NCBI GenBank assembly: GCA_947589305.1
Contig: CANQAP010000006.1
Location: forward strand, 12,291 to 76,290
Direction of reading: 5' to 3'
Source: an uncultured Lachnospiraceae bacterium
GTDB taxonomy: Bacteria > Bacillota > Clostridia > Lachnospirales > Lachnospiraceae
DNA: 64,000 nucleotides
Shown here piece by piece: positions 39,372 through 49,958 of the stretch (the first letter of the stretch is position 1; every line of letters starts with the position of its first letter). Made by a program: the position numbers and the translations under genes. The notes under the pieces are model-generated. The model saw nothing but the letters and a program-made list of their open reading frames with translations. It had not been told where the DNA came from and searched no databases.

Positions 39372-42300
39372 TTATTCTTCCGAACCGTCATAGTCCATAT
39401 CATCGACGTAATCATCCTCTTCATCTGCTTCGTCAATGTATTCGCCTTGTTCGTCCACCTGATTATAACCTTCATACCGGCTATATTCATCATTATTCTT
39501 GGAATCATTGTCGCCCTCGATCATCGGTCGAAGATTCTCGTCTCCGTAATTGATCGTTTCGCTGAATTCCACTTCCTCATTGTTCTCGTCAAACACTTTG
39601 ACATCCAACGCAAGGGACTGTAATTCCTTTAACAAGACTTTGAACGATTCCGGTATGCCCGGTTCCGGAATATTATCTCCCTTAATGATCGCTTCATAGG
39701 TCTTCACACGTCCGACCACATCATCAGACTTCACCGTCAGGATTTCCTGAAGCGTATAGGAAGCGCCATATGCCTCTAATGCCCAAACTTCCATTTCACC
39801 GAAACGCTGTCCGCCGAACTGTGCCTTACCACCGAGCGGCTGCTGCGTTACCAATGAATACGGACCTGTAGAACGCGCATGAATCTTATCATCTACCAGA
39901 TGATGCAGTTTCAAATAGTGCATAAAGCCGATGGTAACCGGACCGTCAAACTCCTCACCGGTACGTCCGTCACGGAGTTGTACTTTTCCGGTACGATCGA
40001 TCGGTACGCCTTTCCAAGCGCTTCTGTGATCACGATGCTCATACAGGAAATCCAATACCTCATCATTCAGGCTGTCGCCCCATCTTTTCTGAAAGGTATC
40101 CCATTCCTCATTTGCATAATCATTCGCCATCTCCAATGTTTCCATGATCTCTTCTTCGTTTGCACCGTCAAAGACCGGCGTACTGATATTAAATCCAAGC
40201 ACATTTGCCGCAAGGCTTAAATGTGTCTCTAAGACCTGACCGATATTCATACGTGACGGCACGCCTAGCGGATTCAATACAATATCAAGCGGTCGACCGT
40301 TCGGAAGGAACGGCATGTCCTCGACCGGAAGAATGCGGGAAACAACACCCTTATTACCGTGACGACCCGCCATTTTATCGCCGACCGAAATCTTTCTCTT
40401 CTGCGCAATATATACACGAACGGATTTATTCACTCCCGGCGGAAGCTCATCTCCGTTTTCTCTGGTAAACACTTTTGTATCCATAACAACGCCAAATGCG
40501 CCATGCGGAACACGCAGGGAAGTATCCCGTACTTCTCTTGCTTTTTCACCGAAAATAGCACGCAGCAGACGCTCTTCTGCCGTCAGCTCTGTTTCTCCTT
40601 TCGGAGTGACCTTGCCGACCAAGATATCACCTGCCCGAACTTCGGCACCGATACGAATAATACCGTTCTCGTCCAAATCTTTTAAGGCATCATCGCTCAA
40701 GCCTGCAAGATCTCTGGTGATCTCTTCCTGTCCCAGCTTTGTATCTCTAGCTTCCGCTTCATATTCTTCAATATGAACAGAGGTATAGACATCATCCTGT
40801 ACCAGACGTTCACTCAATAAAACGGCATCCTCGTAGTTATATCCTTCCCATGTCATAAAACCGATCAATGGATTCTTGCCGAGAGCGATCTCACCGTTTG
40901 CGGTAGAAGGTCCGTCTGCGATCACTTCTCCCTCTTCCACATAATCCCCTTTACATACGGTCGGTCTTTGATTCATACAGTTGCCCTGATTGCTACGGGC
41001 AAATTTAATGACATGATACGTATCCTTCGTTCCGTCGTCGCAACGAATAACAATTTCCCTGCTGGATGATTTTTCAACCACACCTGCATGCTTCGCCACA
41101 ATACAAACTCCGGAATCCACAGCCGCCTTTGCTTCCATACCTGTTCCGACGATCGGAGCCTCTGTACGAAGCAGCGGTACTGCCTGTCTCTGCATGTTAG
41201 AACCCATCAAGGCACGGTTTGCATCGTCATTTTGCAGGAACGGGATCATAGAAGTCGCTACCGAAAATACCATCTTCGGAGAAACATCCATCAAATCCAC
41301 CCGGTTCTTGGAAAACTCGGAAGTTTCATCTCTGAAACGTCCGGAAACATTACTATTTACAAAATGTCCGTCCTGATCCAACGGTTCGTTTGCCTGTGCA
41401 ACCACAAACTTATCTTCATCGTCTGCAGTCAGATAAACCACATCATCCGTTACGATCGGATTGTCCGGATCCGTCTTGTCAAGCTTACGGTACGGCGCTT
41501 CTACAAATCCGTACTGATTAATTCTCGCATAACATGCCAATGAGTTGATCAAACCGATGTTCGGACCTTCCGGCGTCTCAATCGGACACATTCTACCGTA
41601 ATGCGTATAATGTACATCACGCACCTCAAAACCTGCACGGTCTCTGGACAGACCGCCCGGTCCCAGCGCGGAAAGACGTCTCTTATGTGTCAGCTCTGAC
41701 AGCGGATTGTTCTGATCCATAAACTGTGATAGCTGGGAACTTCCGAAAAACTCCTTGACAGCAGCGGTAACCGGCTTGATATTGATCAGGGAAGAGGCGG
41801 AAATGGTGTCCGCATCCTGTGTTGTCATTCTCTCCCGCACGACACGTTCCAAACGTGACAATCCGATCCGATATTGGTTCTGCAGCAATTCGCCGACCGC
41901 ACGGATCCGCCGGTTTCCTAAATGGTCGATATCATCCTGATTTCCGATTCCATACTCCAAATGGATATTATAATTAATAGAAGCGAAAATATCTTCCTTT
42001 GTGATATGCTTCGGAACCAAATCCATCACATTCTTATGGATTTCTTCTTTTAATTCCTCTCCGCTGAACTGATCCAGCAGCTCTTTTAAAACCGGATAAT
42101 AGACTCTTTCAATGATGCCGATCTCCGCCGGATCAAAGTCTACATATTCGTCTAAACGGACCATCATATTCGATAATACTTTTACCGTCCGTTCCTCGGT
42201 CTCAACCATGACATACGGCACTGCTGCATCCTGAATCGCATTTGCCAGTTCCATCGTCACTTTATCACCGGCAGAAGCAAGGATTTCTCCCGTTGTATGA

Positions 42301-43199
42301 TTGACGACATCCTCTGCCAGCAGCAAGCCGGTAATCCGGTTCTGTAATGCCAGTTTTTTATTGAATTTATATCTGCCTACTTTTGCCAGATCATATCTCT
42401 TAGGGTCAAAAAACATACTGTTGATCAGGCTTTCAGCACTTTCGACTGCAAGTGGTTCTCCCGGTCTGATTTTCTTATATAATTCCAAAATACCGCTTTC
42501 ATAATCTGTGGAAGGGTCTTTTTCCATACTTGCCAGTATCTTCGGCTCCTCGCCAAACAAGTCGATGATCTCTGCATTGGTACCGACTCCCAGTGAACGG
42601 ATCAAAACGGTGATCGGCACCTTTCTTGTCCGGTCTACCCGCACGGAAAATACGTTGTTGGAATCGGTTTCATACTCCAGCCATGCACCACGATTCGGAA
42701 TAACAGTACAGGAATATAGGGTTTTACCCAGCTTATCATGTCCGATTGCATAATAAATACCCGGAGAACGGACCAACTGGCTGACAATGACCCGCTCTGC
42801 CCCGTTGATCACAAATGTTCCAGTCTCGGTCATCAACGGCAAATCACCGATAAAAATATCATGTGTACTCATTTCATCGGTTTCTTTCTTACGCAGACGC
42901 ACGGTCACTTTCAACGGAGCCGCATAAGTCGCATCCCGCTCCTTGCACTCCTCGATGGAGTATTTCACGTCGTCTCTGCAAAGTTGAAAGCCGATAAATT
43001 CCATACAGTAACGTCCGCTGACATCCTCAATCGGGGAAATATCATCAAACGCTTCTTTCAAACCGTCAGTCAGGAACCAATCATAGGAATTTTTTTGCAC
43101 TTCAATCAGATTTGGCATATCGAGAACCTCATTTCTTCTCGAATAGCTCATCCTGACTCCCTTCCCTGATTTAATCGGATTAATCCTTGTTTTTTCCAT
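39372..43199 (-). CDS. rpoB: DNA-directed RNA polymerase subunit beta
   Basis: ATG at 43199 with [23 protein letters not shown] motif. Acidic ~70-aa C-terminal tail. Confidence 0.97.
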   Translation of the reverse strand: MEKTRINPIKSGKGVRMSYSRRNEVLDMPNLIEVQKNSYDWFLTDGLKEAFDDISPIEDVSGRYCMEFIGFQLCRDDVKYSIEECKERDATYAAPLKVTVRLRKKETDEMSTHDIFIGDLPLMTETGTFVINGAERVIVSQLVRSPGIYYAIGHDKLGKTLYSCTVIPNRGAWLEYETDSNNVFSVRVDRTRKVPITVLIRSLGVGTNAEIIDLFGEEPKILASMEKDPSTDYESGILELYKKIRPGEPLAVESAESLINSMFFDPKRYDLAKVGRYKFNKKLALQNRITGLLLAEDVVNHTTGEILASAGDKVTMELANAIQDAAVPYVMVETEERTVKVLSNMMVRLDEYVDFDPAEIGIIERVYYPVLKELLDQFSGEELKEEIHKNVMDLVPKHITKEDIFASINYNIHLEYGIGNQDDIDHLGNRRIRAVGELLQNQYRIGLSRLERVVRERMTTQDADTISASSLINIKPVTAAVKEFFGSSQLSQFMDQNNPLSELTHKRRLSALGPGGLSRDRAGFEVRDVHYTHYGRMCPIETPEGPNIGLINSLACYARINQYGFVEAPYRKLDKTDPDNPIVTDDVVYLTADDEDKFVVAQANEPLDQDGHFVNSNVSGRFRDETSEFSKNRVDLMDVSPKMVFSVATSMIPFLQNDDANRALMGSNMQRQAVPLLRTEAPIVGTGMEAKAAVDSGVCIVAKHAGVVEKSSSREIVIRCDDGTKDTYHVIKFARSNQGNCMNQRPTVCKGDYVEEGEVIADGPSTANGEIALGKNPLIGFMTWEGYNYEDAVLLSERLVQDDVYTSVHIEEYEAEARDTKLGQEEITRDLAGLSDDALKDLDENGIIRIGAEVRAGDILVGKVTPKGETELTAEERLLRAIFGEKAREVRDTSLRVPHGAFGVVMDTKVFTRENGDELPPGVNKSVRVYIAQKRKISVGDKMAGRHGNKGVVSRILPVEDMPFLPNGRPLDIVLNPLGVPSRMNIGQVLETHLSLAANVLGFNISTPVFDGANEEEIMETLEMANDYANEEWDTFQKRWGDSLNDEVLDFLYEHRDHRSAWKGVPIDRTGKVQLRDGRTGEEFDGPVTIGFMHYLKLHHLVDDKIHARSTGPYSLVTQQPLGGKAQFGGQRFGEMEVWALEAYGASYTLQEILTVKSDDVVGRVKTYEAIIKGDNIPEPGIPESFKVLLKELQSLALDVKVFDENNEEVEFSETINYGDENLRPMIEGDNDSKNNDEYSRYEGYNQVDEQGEYIDEADEEDDYVDDMDYDGSEE

Positions 43200-43293
43200 T
43201 ACTGGTTTCACCCCTTGCACTAAAAGTATGGTAACTCTTGTCGTATCCCTACAACTACATGGGCAAACCAACCCACGATAGTCACGCTATACT

Positions 43294-43322
43294 ATAATAG
43301 CACCAAAGTCAACCGGAGTCAA
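43294..43322 (-). promoter_or_regulatory. Candidate internal promoter in the rplL-rpoB spacer
   Basis: Minus strand TTGACT-17 nt-TATTAT. A GGGTATCC...GGATGCCC hairpin lies upstream of it. Confidence 0.4.
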
Positions 43323-43490
43323 TCATTTTTTTGGGAAATTAAGAAATTTAAGATCCTACGACACAGCCGTCTTTCAGCCATGAAAGAATACTCCAATGAA
43401 AAGACATAAAGAGGGCATCCTTCCAGCCGCCGGCTGTCCGGATACCCTTCTTTCATAAAATGTCTCTGATCATACGATCGGGAATTGGAA

Positions 43491-43862
43491 TTACTTTAAT
43501 GTAACCTTAGCGCCTTCTGCTTCCAGCTTCGTCTTAATCTCCTCAGCCTCAGCCTTAGAAGCACCTTCCTTCACCATCTTAGGCGCACCGTCAACGACTT
43601 CTTTCGCTTCCTTTAAGCCCAAGCCGGTAACTTCACGAACTACCTTAATGACAGGAACTTTGTTCGGTCCTACTTCCGTCAACTCTACGTTGAATTCATC
43701 TTTCTCTTCTACTGCTTCGCCGCCTGCTGCCGCACCGCCTGCTGCAACCACAACGCCTGCTGCCGCAGATACGCCGAATTCCTCTTCGCATGCTTTTACT
43801 AAATCATTCAGTTCCAATACAGATAATCCTTTAATCACTTCAATAATTTCCTGAGTTGTCAT
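43491..43862 (-). CDS. rplL: 50S ribosomal protein L7/L12
   Basis: ATG at 43862 after GGAGGA. An Ala/Gly hinge followed by the conserved C-terminal domain. Confidence 0.95.
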   Translation of the reverse strand: MTTQEIIEVIKGLSVLELNDLVKACEEEFGVSAAAGVVVAAGGAAAGGEAVEEKDEFNVELTEVGPNKVPVIKVVREVTGLGLKEAKEVVDGAPKMVKEGASKAEAEEIKTKLEAEGAKVTLK

Positions 43863-43925
43863 TTTTATTTCCTCCATTTTATAATCTAATCTGTTTACCG
43901 AAAATCCTTACCTGAATTTTCATTG

Positions 43926-44420
43926 TTAAGCTTCCTGCTCTCTTTGTTCAGCAATCTGCTTGATCACGCGAGCAAAGTTAGTGATCGGTGATTGAATGCT
44001 TCCAAGGAACTTAGACAGCAATTCTTCTCTTGACGGAATCGAAGAAATCGTCTGAATGCCTTGCGCATCATAATAGGTTCCTTCCACAATACCCGCCTTA
44101 ATCTCCAAAACTTCCGCATCCTTGGCAAACTTAGCCAAAATTCTTGCCGGAGCGGTCGCATCGGTCTTGGAAATCGCAATCGCATTCGGCCCGTCTAAAT
44201 TCGGATCCAACTGGGCGAAATCAGTGCCTTCAAATGCACGCTTCATTAATGTATTCTTGTATACCTTATAGATCACACCCGCTTCTCTTAATTCTTTCCG
44301 AAGCTTTGTGTCCTGCTCTACGGTTAATCCGCGGTAATCCACTAATACTGCTGAAGCAGCATCTTCTAAGTTTGCCTTGATCTCATCCACGATCGGCTGC
44401 TTAATCTCAACCTTAGCCAT
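43926..44420 (-). CDS. rplJ: 50S ribosomal protein L10
   Basis: 164 aa immediately upstream of rplL, with an AGGAGGTG RBS. Confidence 0.95.
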   Translation of the reverse strand: MAKVEIKQPIVDEIKANLEDAASAVLVDYRGLTVEQDTKLRKELREAGVIYKVYKNTLMKRAFEGTDFAQLDPNLDGPNAIAISKTDATAPARILAKFAKDAEVLEIKAGIVEGTYYDAQGIQTISSIPSREELLSKFLGSIQSPITNFARVIKQIAEQREQEA

Positions 44421-44664
44421 GATAGTACACCTCCTATATTATTTTTTAGCAAATTTTATAGAAATTTGTTGATCTGCCTGTCCACGATCTGTCTATGCCA
44501 GTCGGACATGCGCTAATCACTGCCCGTTTTAGGAATTAAAAAATCCGATCGCAAAGACCGGATTACGCACATGAATCAGTTGATTACAATTCATAACGAT
44601 TCTCTCCTCGGCAGGCGTTATCTCCTTACGCTTTTCAGCACCTGCTGTCTTTGGCAGTTCATCG
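44421..44664 (-). promoter_or_regulatory. rplJ 5' leader (L10-leader-like) with an internal intrinsic terminator
   Basis: About 240 nt between promoter and ATG. It contains nested helices around GAAAAGCGUAAGGAG and the terminator AATCCGGTC-TTTGC-GATCGGATT+TTTTTAA (44536-44563). Confidence 0.5.
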
Positions 44665-44670
44665 TGTTTC

Positions 44671-44699
44671 ACTATATCAAAACTCTTTTTGATTGTCAA
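44671..44699 (-). promoter_or_regulatory. rplJ operon promoter
   Basis: Minus strand TTGACA-17 nt-TATAGT. Confidence 0.65.
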
Positions 44700-44746
44700 T
44701 ACCCTTTTGGAGTCTCCGTCGCGGAAGCGGCAGAAACTCCGTCTCA

Positions 44747-45598
44747 TTATAATTCTTTTAAGGCTGCGCGCACCAAACGTTCCGCCTCCGCATCATCATA
44801 CTCCTTAATACACTTCTGTGCATTCAGACATTTATCTCTGATCTTCAACGGTATCTCATAACGCATGAGATCATCTACCCGTTCTTCTGCATTTTCCACC
44901 CGGAAATGTTCCAGATCATCTAAGATAAACAGCAGCTTTGCATTCAGTTCCCCTAAGCTGATCGCCTTCAAACCGGCGTCCTCAATCTTGACCTCTTTTT
45001 TTCCAAGCACTTGAAGGATACGGTCTACGATCCGTTCCGCAGCATCAAATTCTCCGGATCTCATCTTTTGTCTTGCGGTTTGTAACCGTTTTAGGACCGA
45101 ATCCTCCAGCGGATAACTGAGTATCTCGTCTATCTTACCCGCCGCAAGATTATGATTCTTATTATGCAGACAATTATCAATCTCTTCAATCCGTTGATAT
45201 AGTTCGGAAGCATCCATCGGCAATGCTCCCCGCCGCTTTAACGCACGTTCGATCCGTTTCCGCAGATCGCTTCCGTCAAACGGCTTTACAATATAATCCA
45301 TGATGCCCAGCTTTGTTCCCTCAATGACCGTCGCTTTATTATGATTGGCTGTCAACATGATGACCGGCACCGTTGTCCCGTTTTCCTGTTCCCGGATTTG
45401 TTTTAGCGTCTCGATTCCGTCCATGACCGGCATCTGAATATCCAGCAGGATCAGATCTACCTTTTCCTGATAAATGAATTTTAATGCACGCCTGCCGGAA
45501 TTCACGGGAATCACGTCATATACATCCCGCAGCTCCTGTTCAATGGTTGCAAGATTTACAACATTGTCATCGATTGCCAAAATCTTCATTTTTTCCAT
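44747..45598 (-). CDS. Response regulator: receiver domain plus ~160-aa helical C-terminal domain of unknown type
   Basis: REC motifs ILAIDDN, LLDIQMPVMDG and VKPF. The C-terminal half has no HTH, enzymatic or other motif I recognise. Confidence 0.8.
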   Translation of the reverse strand: MEKMKILAIDDNVVNLATIEQELRDVYDVIPVNSGRRALKFIYQEKVDLILLDIQMPVMDGIETLKQIREQENGTTVPVIMLTANHNKATVIEGTKLGIMDYIVKPFDGSDLRKRIERALKRRGALPMDASELYQRIEEIDNCLHNKNHNLAAGKIDEILSYPLEDSVLKRLQTARQKMRSGEFDAAERIVDRILQVLGKKEVKIEDAGLKAISLGELNAKLLFILDDLEHFRVENAEERVDDLMRYEIPLKIRDKCLNAQKCIKEYDDAEAERLVRAALKEL

Positions 45599-45601
45599 AA
45601 T

Positions 45602-48463
45602 TTACCCCTTTCCGCCATCCAAGTTCTGAATCAGATCCCGTAGCAGCTCTTCCGCTTCGTCATCCTCATACAACTGTAATCTCCCTTGTATGTCCGTCAA
45701 CTTCCGATGCAGTTCCTCTTCTGTCTCATGCGAAAGCAGCCATTCGATTTTTTCTTTGCATTCCTTTGACTTAAAATGTTCTACCGCATACAAAGCCTGT
45801 TGCAAATGATCCACGATCACTTCCTGCGTCAGCACTTCCCCAACAACAGCCACATGGTTGCGTTCCTCTTTTTTTCTATGCTTATCCAGCACCTTTTTGA
45901 TCTCGTCCAGTAGATTGCGGTAAGCCTCCAAAAACGTCTCATGATTTTTCGCAATATAGGTGATATCTTTTTCCATCGCCGCCGTCTCTAAGCGTTCAGC
46001 CTGACCGGATAATTCCTTGGCTCCTATATTCGCCGACGCGCTTTTCAGAGCGTGGACTTCAATGCGGTAATTTTCGTAATCCTCTTCTTTTAACAACGTA
46101 TCCAGATATTCAATCTTACGAATACCGTCAATATAAAACAGATTCAAAATTTCCAAATATTCATTTAAATTACCGGTATGATGCGTCAGTGCATGTTTTA
46201 CGTCGATCCCCTTAATGAAGATCTCTGCAATCTCATCCAACTCTACATCTTCCATGACCAGAGGTTCCGTTGTTTCCTGCTTTTTATTTGCGGGAATCCA
46301 TTTTGATAATACATGATACATAGGGATTCTGTCTACCGGTTTTGCGATAAAATCCTGAAACCCATTATTAAGGAACATTTCCTTAACGCCTTTCATGACA
46401 TTTGCCGTCAATGCGATCACTACCGCCTGTTTTCCGTTCTCGCCACATTCCTTGCGGATGCGTTTCGTAGTCGTGACGCCGTCCATTTCCGGCATCATGT
46501 GATCCATAAAGATAATATCATATTTCTTTTCCTTCACGAGCCGGATCGCCTCAAAACCGTTTTCCGCTTCGTCTACCTGACAGCCATAGACTCGCAAGAC
46601 TCCCCGGGCGATTTTACGATTGATCAGATTGTCATCCACAACCAGAATCTTGGCGTCCGGAGCGGAAAACATCGAAATATCTTTCAAAATCTCCGATTCA
46701 TCCGTACTGACTTCGGAAAGGGTGCGCGCATCCGAGACTGTCTGCGGTATGATCACGGCAAATGTACTGCCTTTCCCCAGTACGCTCTCTACACTCATGC
46801 TGCCTCCCATCAGTTCCACGATGTTCTTCGCAACCGAAAGTCCAAGACCGGTTCCTTCTTCATGCCTGCTTTCGCTGGAATCTACCTGTTCAAAATTATA
46901 GAAGATCTTTGTCAGATACTTTTCCTCAATACCGATCCCTGTATCCCGGATCAGGAATTTCAACATGATATGCCCGTCCGCGATATAATCTCCGTCTACC
47001 ACCATGGTGACGCGTCCTTTTTGTGTGAATTTCACCGCATTATCCAAGACATTATCCAAAACTTGCCGGATACGTTCCTGATCTCCGTGCAGACCTGCCG
47101 GCAGGCTGTCACTTGTGATCAGATCAAACGTCAGTCCTTTCGCTTCCGCCGCAACGCTTGCTTTATCCGCGACGCTTTGCAAAAGCTTCCGCGTCCTGTA
47201 ATCTTCTTTTACCAGCTCGACCTGCCCCGCTTCTACCGAAGAGATATCCCAGATATCGTTAAAGATCTTGAGCAATCGGGCAGAAGCCTCCTTGATGTCA
47301 CAGGCATACTGATATACCTTTCTTCCTAAGCTTTCTTCCTTGATCAAATCCGCAAATCCCACGATCGCATTCATCGGCGTCCGCATTTCGTGGGACATCG
47401 CAGCCATGAACTCACTCTTGATCTTACTGGCGGCTTCCGCCTTTTCCCGCATTTCGATACTTTCCATCATCAGACGCTTTCTCTGCGTAACGTCAAAGAT
47501 CAGAATGACATAGCCGAGCAAAATTCCTTTTTTATCATTGACCGGTTCGATATGTCCTTCAAAATAACGGTCTCCCATTGTAAATTCCCGCTTCTGATCG
47601 TCCTGCATGATCTCTTCCGGAAAATTACGGATTTTCGTTACCTTCTTTCCGATCAGGCGTTTGTCCAAATCATAGAAGATCTCTTCCACAGCCGGATTAT
47701 ATCCGACAATACGCTCTTCATCATCCAAAAAAATAACGCCGTTTTCACTTTCGTGCATGACTGTTTCCGCCGCCGCGCGGCTCAGATCATAATTCCGCCG
47801 GCTCCAAACAAAGATCACAACGCTGGACAAAACGATCGCCAATGTCGGAGGCACCAGATCGTAATCTTTCATCTGCTGACTTGCCCGCATCAGCAAAGCG
47901 CCTGCCGGAATGACCGCCAAGATAATAAACAATATATAATGCTTTTTTCTCCGTTGATAATTATCTTCCATGAAAGACCGGATCAACGCCCACACTGCAA
48001 GTCCAAACGGCGTCAAAGCGCCAATCCAAATAAATAACCAGAATCCCCAACCGTAACTAAATACAAAATGTGGATGTGTACCTTCAAAGACATAAGTCAT
48101 ATTTTTATAAAACATATGATGATAATTACAGGTCCAAACCAAAATCAATACGATCAGATCGATATAACCCAGACTTCGAAATAACCATTGCGGTTGACGC
48201 TGGTTACAATACATAAAGATAAACTGACTAAAAAAAAGCGGTACAAAGCATGCTCCCAGATATTGCAGTTTAATGGCGACCAATGCCTCTGCCGGTCCTG
48301 AAGAAAGGGCTTCAAACAGATTACCCGCATTTTGTACCAAGACTCCGATCATAAAACAGATCATCATTTTCTGTGCATTGCTTCCGTCCATATGTATGAT
48401 CAGAGCGATGGCAACGAATGTCAGCGTCAAAGCGACAAGCTGTACCAAAATAAAACTCCACAT
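45602..48463 (-). CDS. Hybrid sensor kinase: ~7 TM N-domain, PAS-like, HisKA, HATPase, REC, HPt
   Basis: H-box MSHEMRTPMNAIVGF, then DTGIGI and GTGLGLSV. REC ILVVDDNLINR...MDHMMPEMDG. HPt VHALKSASANIGA. Confidence 0.9.
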   Translation of the reverse strand: MWSFILVQLVALTLTFVAIALIIHMDGSNAQKMMICFMIGVLVQNAGNLFEALSSGPAEALVAIKLQYLGACFVPLFFSQFIFMYCNQRQPQWLFRSLGYIDLIVLILVWTCNYHHMFYKNMTYVFEGTHPHFVFSYGWGFWLFIWIGALTPFGLAVWALIRSFMEDNYQRRKKHYILFIILAVIPAGALLMRASQQMKDYDLVPPTLAIVLSSVVIFVWSRRNYDLSRAAAETVMHESENGVIFLDDEERIVGYNPAVEEIFYDLDKRLIGKKVTKIRNFPEEIMQDDQKREFTMGDRYFEGHIEPVNDKKGILLGYVILIFDVTQRKRLMMESIEMREKAEAASKIKSEFMAAMSHEMRTPMNAIVGFADLIKEESLGRKVYQYACDIKEASARLLKIFNDIWDISSVEAGQVELVKEDYRTRKLLQSVADKASVAAEAKGLTFDLITSDSLPAGLHGDQERIRQVLDNVLDNAVKFTQKGRVTMVVDGDYIADGHIMLKFLIRDTGIGIEEKYLTKIFYNFEQVDSSESRHEEGTGLGLSVAKNIVELMGGSMSVESVLGKGSTFAVIIPQTVSDARTLSEVSTDESEILKDISMFSAPDAKILVVDDNLINRKIARGVLRVYGCQVDEAENGFEAIRLVKEKKYDIIFMDHMMPEMDGVTTTKRIRKECGENGKQAVVIALTANVMKGVKEMFLNNGFQDFIAKPVDRIPMYHVLSKWIPANKKQETTEPLVMEDVELDEIAEIFIKGIDVKHALTHHTGNLNEYLEILNLFYIDGIRKIEYLDTLLKEEDYENYRIEVHALKSASANIGAKELSGQAERLETAAMEKDITYIAKNHETFLEAYRNLLDEIKKVLDKHRKKEERNHVAVVGEVLTQEVIVDHLQQALYAVEHFKSKECKEKIEWLLSHETEEELHRKLTDIQGRLQLYEDDEAEELLRDLIQNLDGGKG

Positions 48464-48570
48464 CTATATGCTCCTTCTCCTTATGTATGCAAGTTGATCC
48501 ATGTACCATATGCGTGTATTATATCATTTTTTTATTAGGAAGAAAAGTTATAAACTTTCCGCAAAATCTG

Positions 48571-48599
48571 TAGACTTTCTTTAGGATTCATAGTAAAAT
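48571..48599 (+). promoter_or_regulatory. Candidate promoter of the FliD-like gene
   Basis: TAGACT-17 nt-TAAAAT. The same TAGACT-17-TATAAT layout recurs at 50404-50432 (minus) upstream of the CheY-like gene. Confidence 0.35.
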
Positions 48600-48654
48600 T
48601 AAAGTGTAGTAGTATCTTTTGCTATTTACTATAGGCGGAAAGGAGGAATGGCTG

Positions 48655-49923
48655 ATGGCAGGCTTGAATGTATATAACTTTTACCATATGGCTATGCCAA
48701 AAGTTGCGAACACAAAATATGATTCTCATAAAAAGAGTGAACTTCGCAACTTATATCATGACATGATAAAACTCAATCAAAAAAAGCCGTTCTATAAACT
48801 TTCCCTGTCTGATGCTACGCAGTCTTATGTGATCGGTATTAAAGAGGCGGCTATGGAGTTGCGGACCAGCTCCGCTTTTCTGACGGAGGACGCGGATCCT
48901 GCATTGCAGAAAATGACAGTCAGCACAGATGCCCCTTCCGATCTATCAGTGAAACTGCTCACGGATCAGTATGAATCTCTGCCTTCCGAGGTGAAGCTGC
49001 AGATTCACCAACTGGCATCCACACAAAAGAATCAAGGGCAAAGCCTGCCCGCCAACGGCACGGATATCCCAGCCGGAACACACTATATCACCATTGCAAA
49101 CAGTCACAATGAATATCAGTTTGAAATCGACACACAGCCGGGAGAGACCAATCTCCATATCCAACGCCGCCTTTCGATGTCCATTAACAACAGTGACATC
49201 GGCATTCGCGCCAGAGTGATCGAAACTGGCAATCTCAGTTCCCTGTCGTTAGAAAGCACACATTCCGGCATGGGTTCTTTGGAAGGAGGCTTGCAGTTTA
49301 CGGTAGCCGGACAGCAAGCATCCGGTTTAGTCGATACCTTCGCTCTGAATCAGGTCATTGAATATCCTGCCGACGCTTCTTTCACACTGAACGGGGAACT
49401 GCAACATTCCTCTTCCAACCACATTTCCGTCAATAACGGGATTGGAATCGCTTTGCGGCATGTATCCGAAAAAGAAGCCAGTATCCAGCTCGCGCCGGAT
49501 TATTCTGCCGTCCTAGAGGATGTTGATGATTTTGTTCATTATTATAATCATTTAATTGATCTGTCTCGGAATACCGAACAGAATCCGAGCGGAGCCGGAA
49601 AGCTCCTCCGTGAGATCAGTCATGTGACACAGCATTTTCATAATGCTTTGGAAGCATCCGGTCTGATACTGGACGATACCGGACATTTACAAAAGGACGA
49701 GGCTTTATTGGTACAAAGCACGGAAAACGGACAATTTCAGGAACTGTTCCATCAATTGTCCGATTTTCAGAATGCCATCTATGCTGCAACGAATAAGATT
49801 ACTCTAAACCCTATGGAATATGTCGATAAGACTATCATCTCTTATCCAAACACCAAAGTCAATTTCCCGAATCCGTATATGCCATCCATCTACAGTGGTA
49901 TGCTGTTTAACCAGTATGTATGA
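48655..49923 (+). CDS. Hypothetical protein with a FliD (filament cap)-like central and C-terminal pattern
   Basis: AGGAGGA lies 7 nt before the ATG at 48655. Segments IHQLASTQKNQG, NNSDIGIRARVIETGNLSSLSLESTHSG, ADASFTLNGELQHSSSNHI, FVHYYNHLIDL and GLILDDTGHLQKDEALL follow the FliD family layout. The usual N-terminal SGLD region is absent. Confidence 0.45.
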   Translation: MAGLNVYNFYHMAMPKVANTKYDSHKKSELRNLYHDMIKLNQKKPFYKLSLSDATQSYVIGIKEAAMELRTSSAFLTEDADPALQKMTVSTDAPSDLSVKLLTDQYESLPSEVKLQIHQLASTQKNQGQSLPANGTDIPAGTHYITIANSHNEYQFEIDTQPGETNLHIQRRLSMSINNSDIGIRARVIETGNLSSLSLESTHSGMGSLEGGLQFTVAGQQASGLVDTFALNQVIEYPADASFTLNGELQHSSSNHISVNNGIGIALRHVSEKEASIQLAPDYSAVLEDVDDFVHYYNHLIDLSRNTEQNPSGAGKLLREISHVTQHFHNALEASGLILDDTGHLQKDEALLVQSTENGQFQELFHQLSDFQNAIYAATNKITLNPMEYVDKTIISYPNTKVNFPNPYMPSIYSGMLFNQYV

Positions 49924-49958
49924 TATATGATTGCCCTGACTGCTATCTGCTGCTGCGG

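Noticed and set aside
44529-44747. A 72-aa ORF upstream of rplJ.
   Set aside because: It spans the promoter, the leader helices and the attenuator terminator. It has no RBS and a basic low-complexity product. The region is better explained as regulatory RNA.
46313-47329. A 338-aa ORF on the plus strand, inside the hybrid kinase gene.
   Set aside because: It is antisense to a frame carrying unmistakable HisKA, HATPase and REC motifs. Its product is His/Arg/Phe-rich low complexity and has no RBS. This is a typical shadow ORF.
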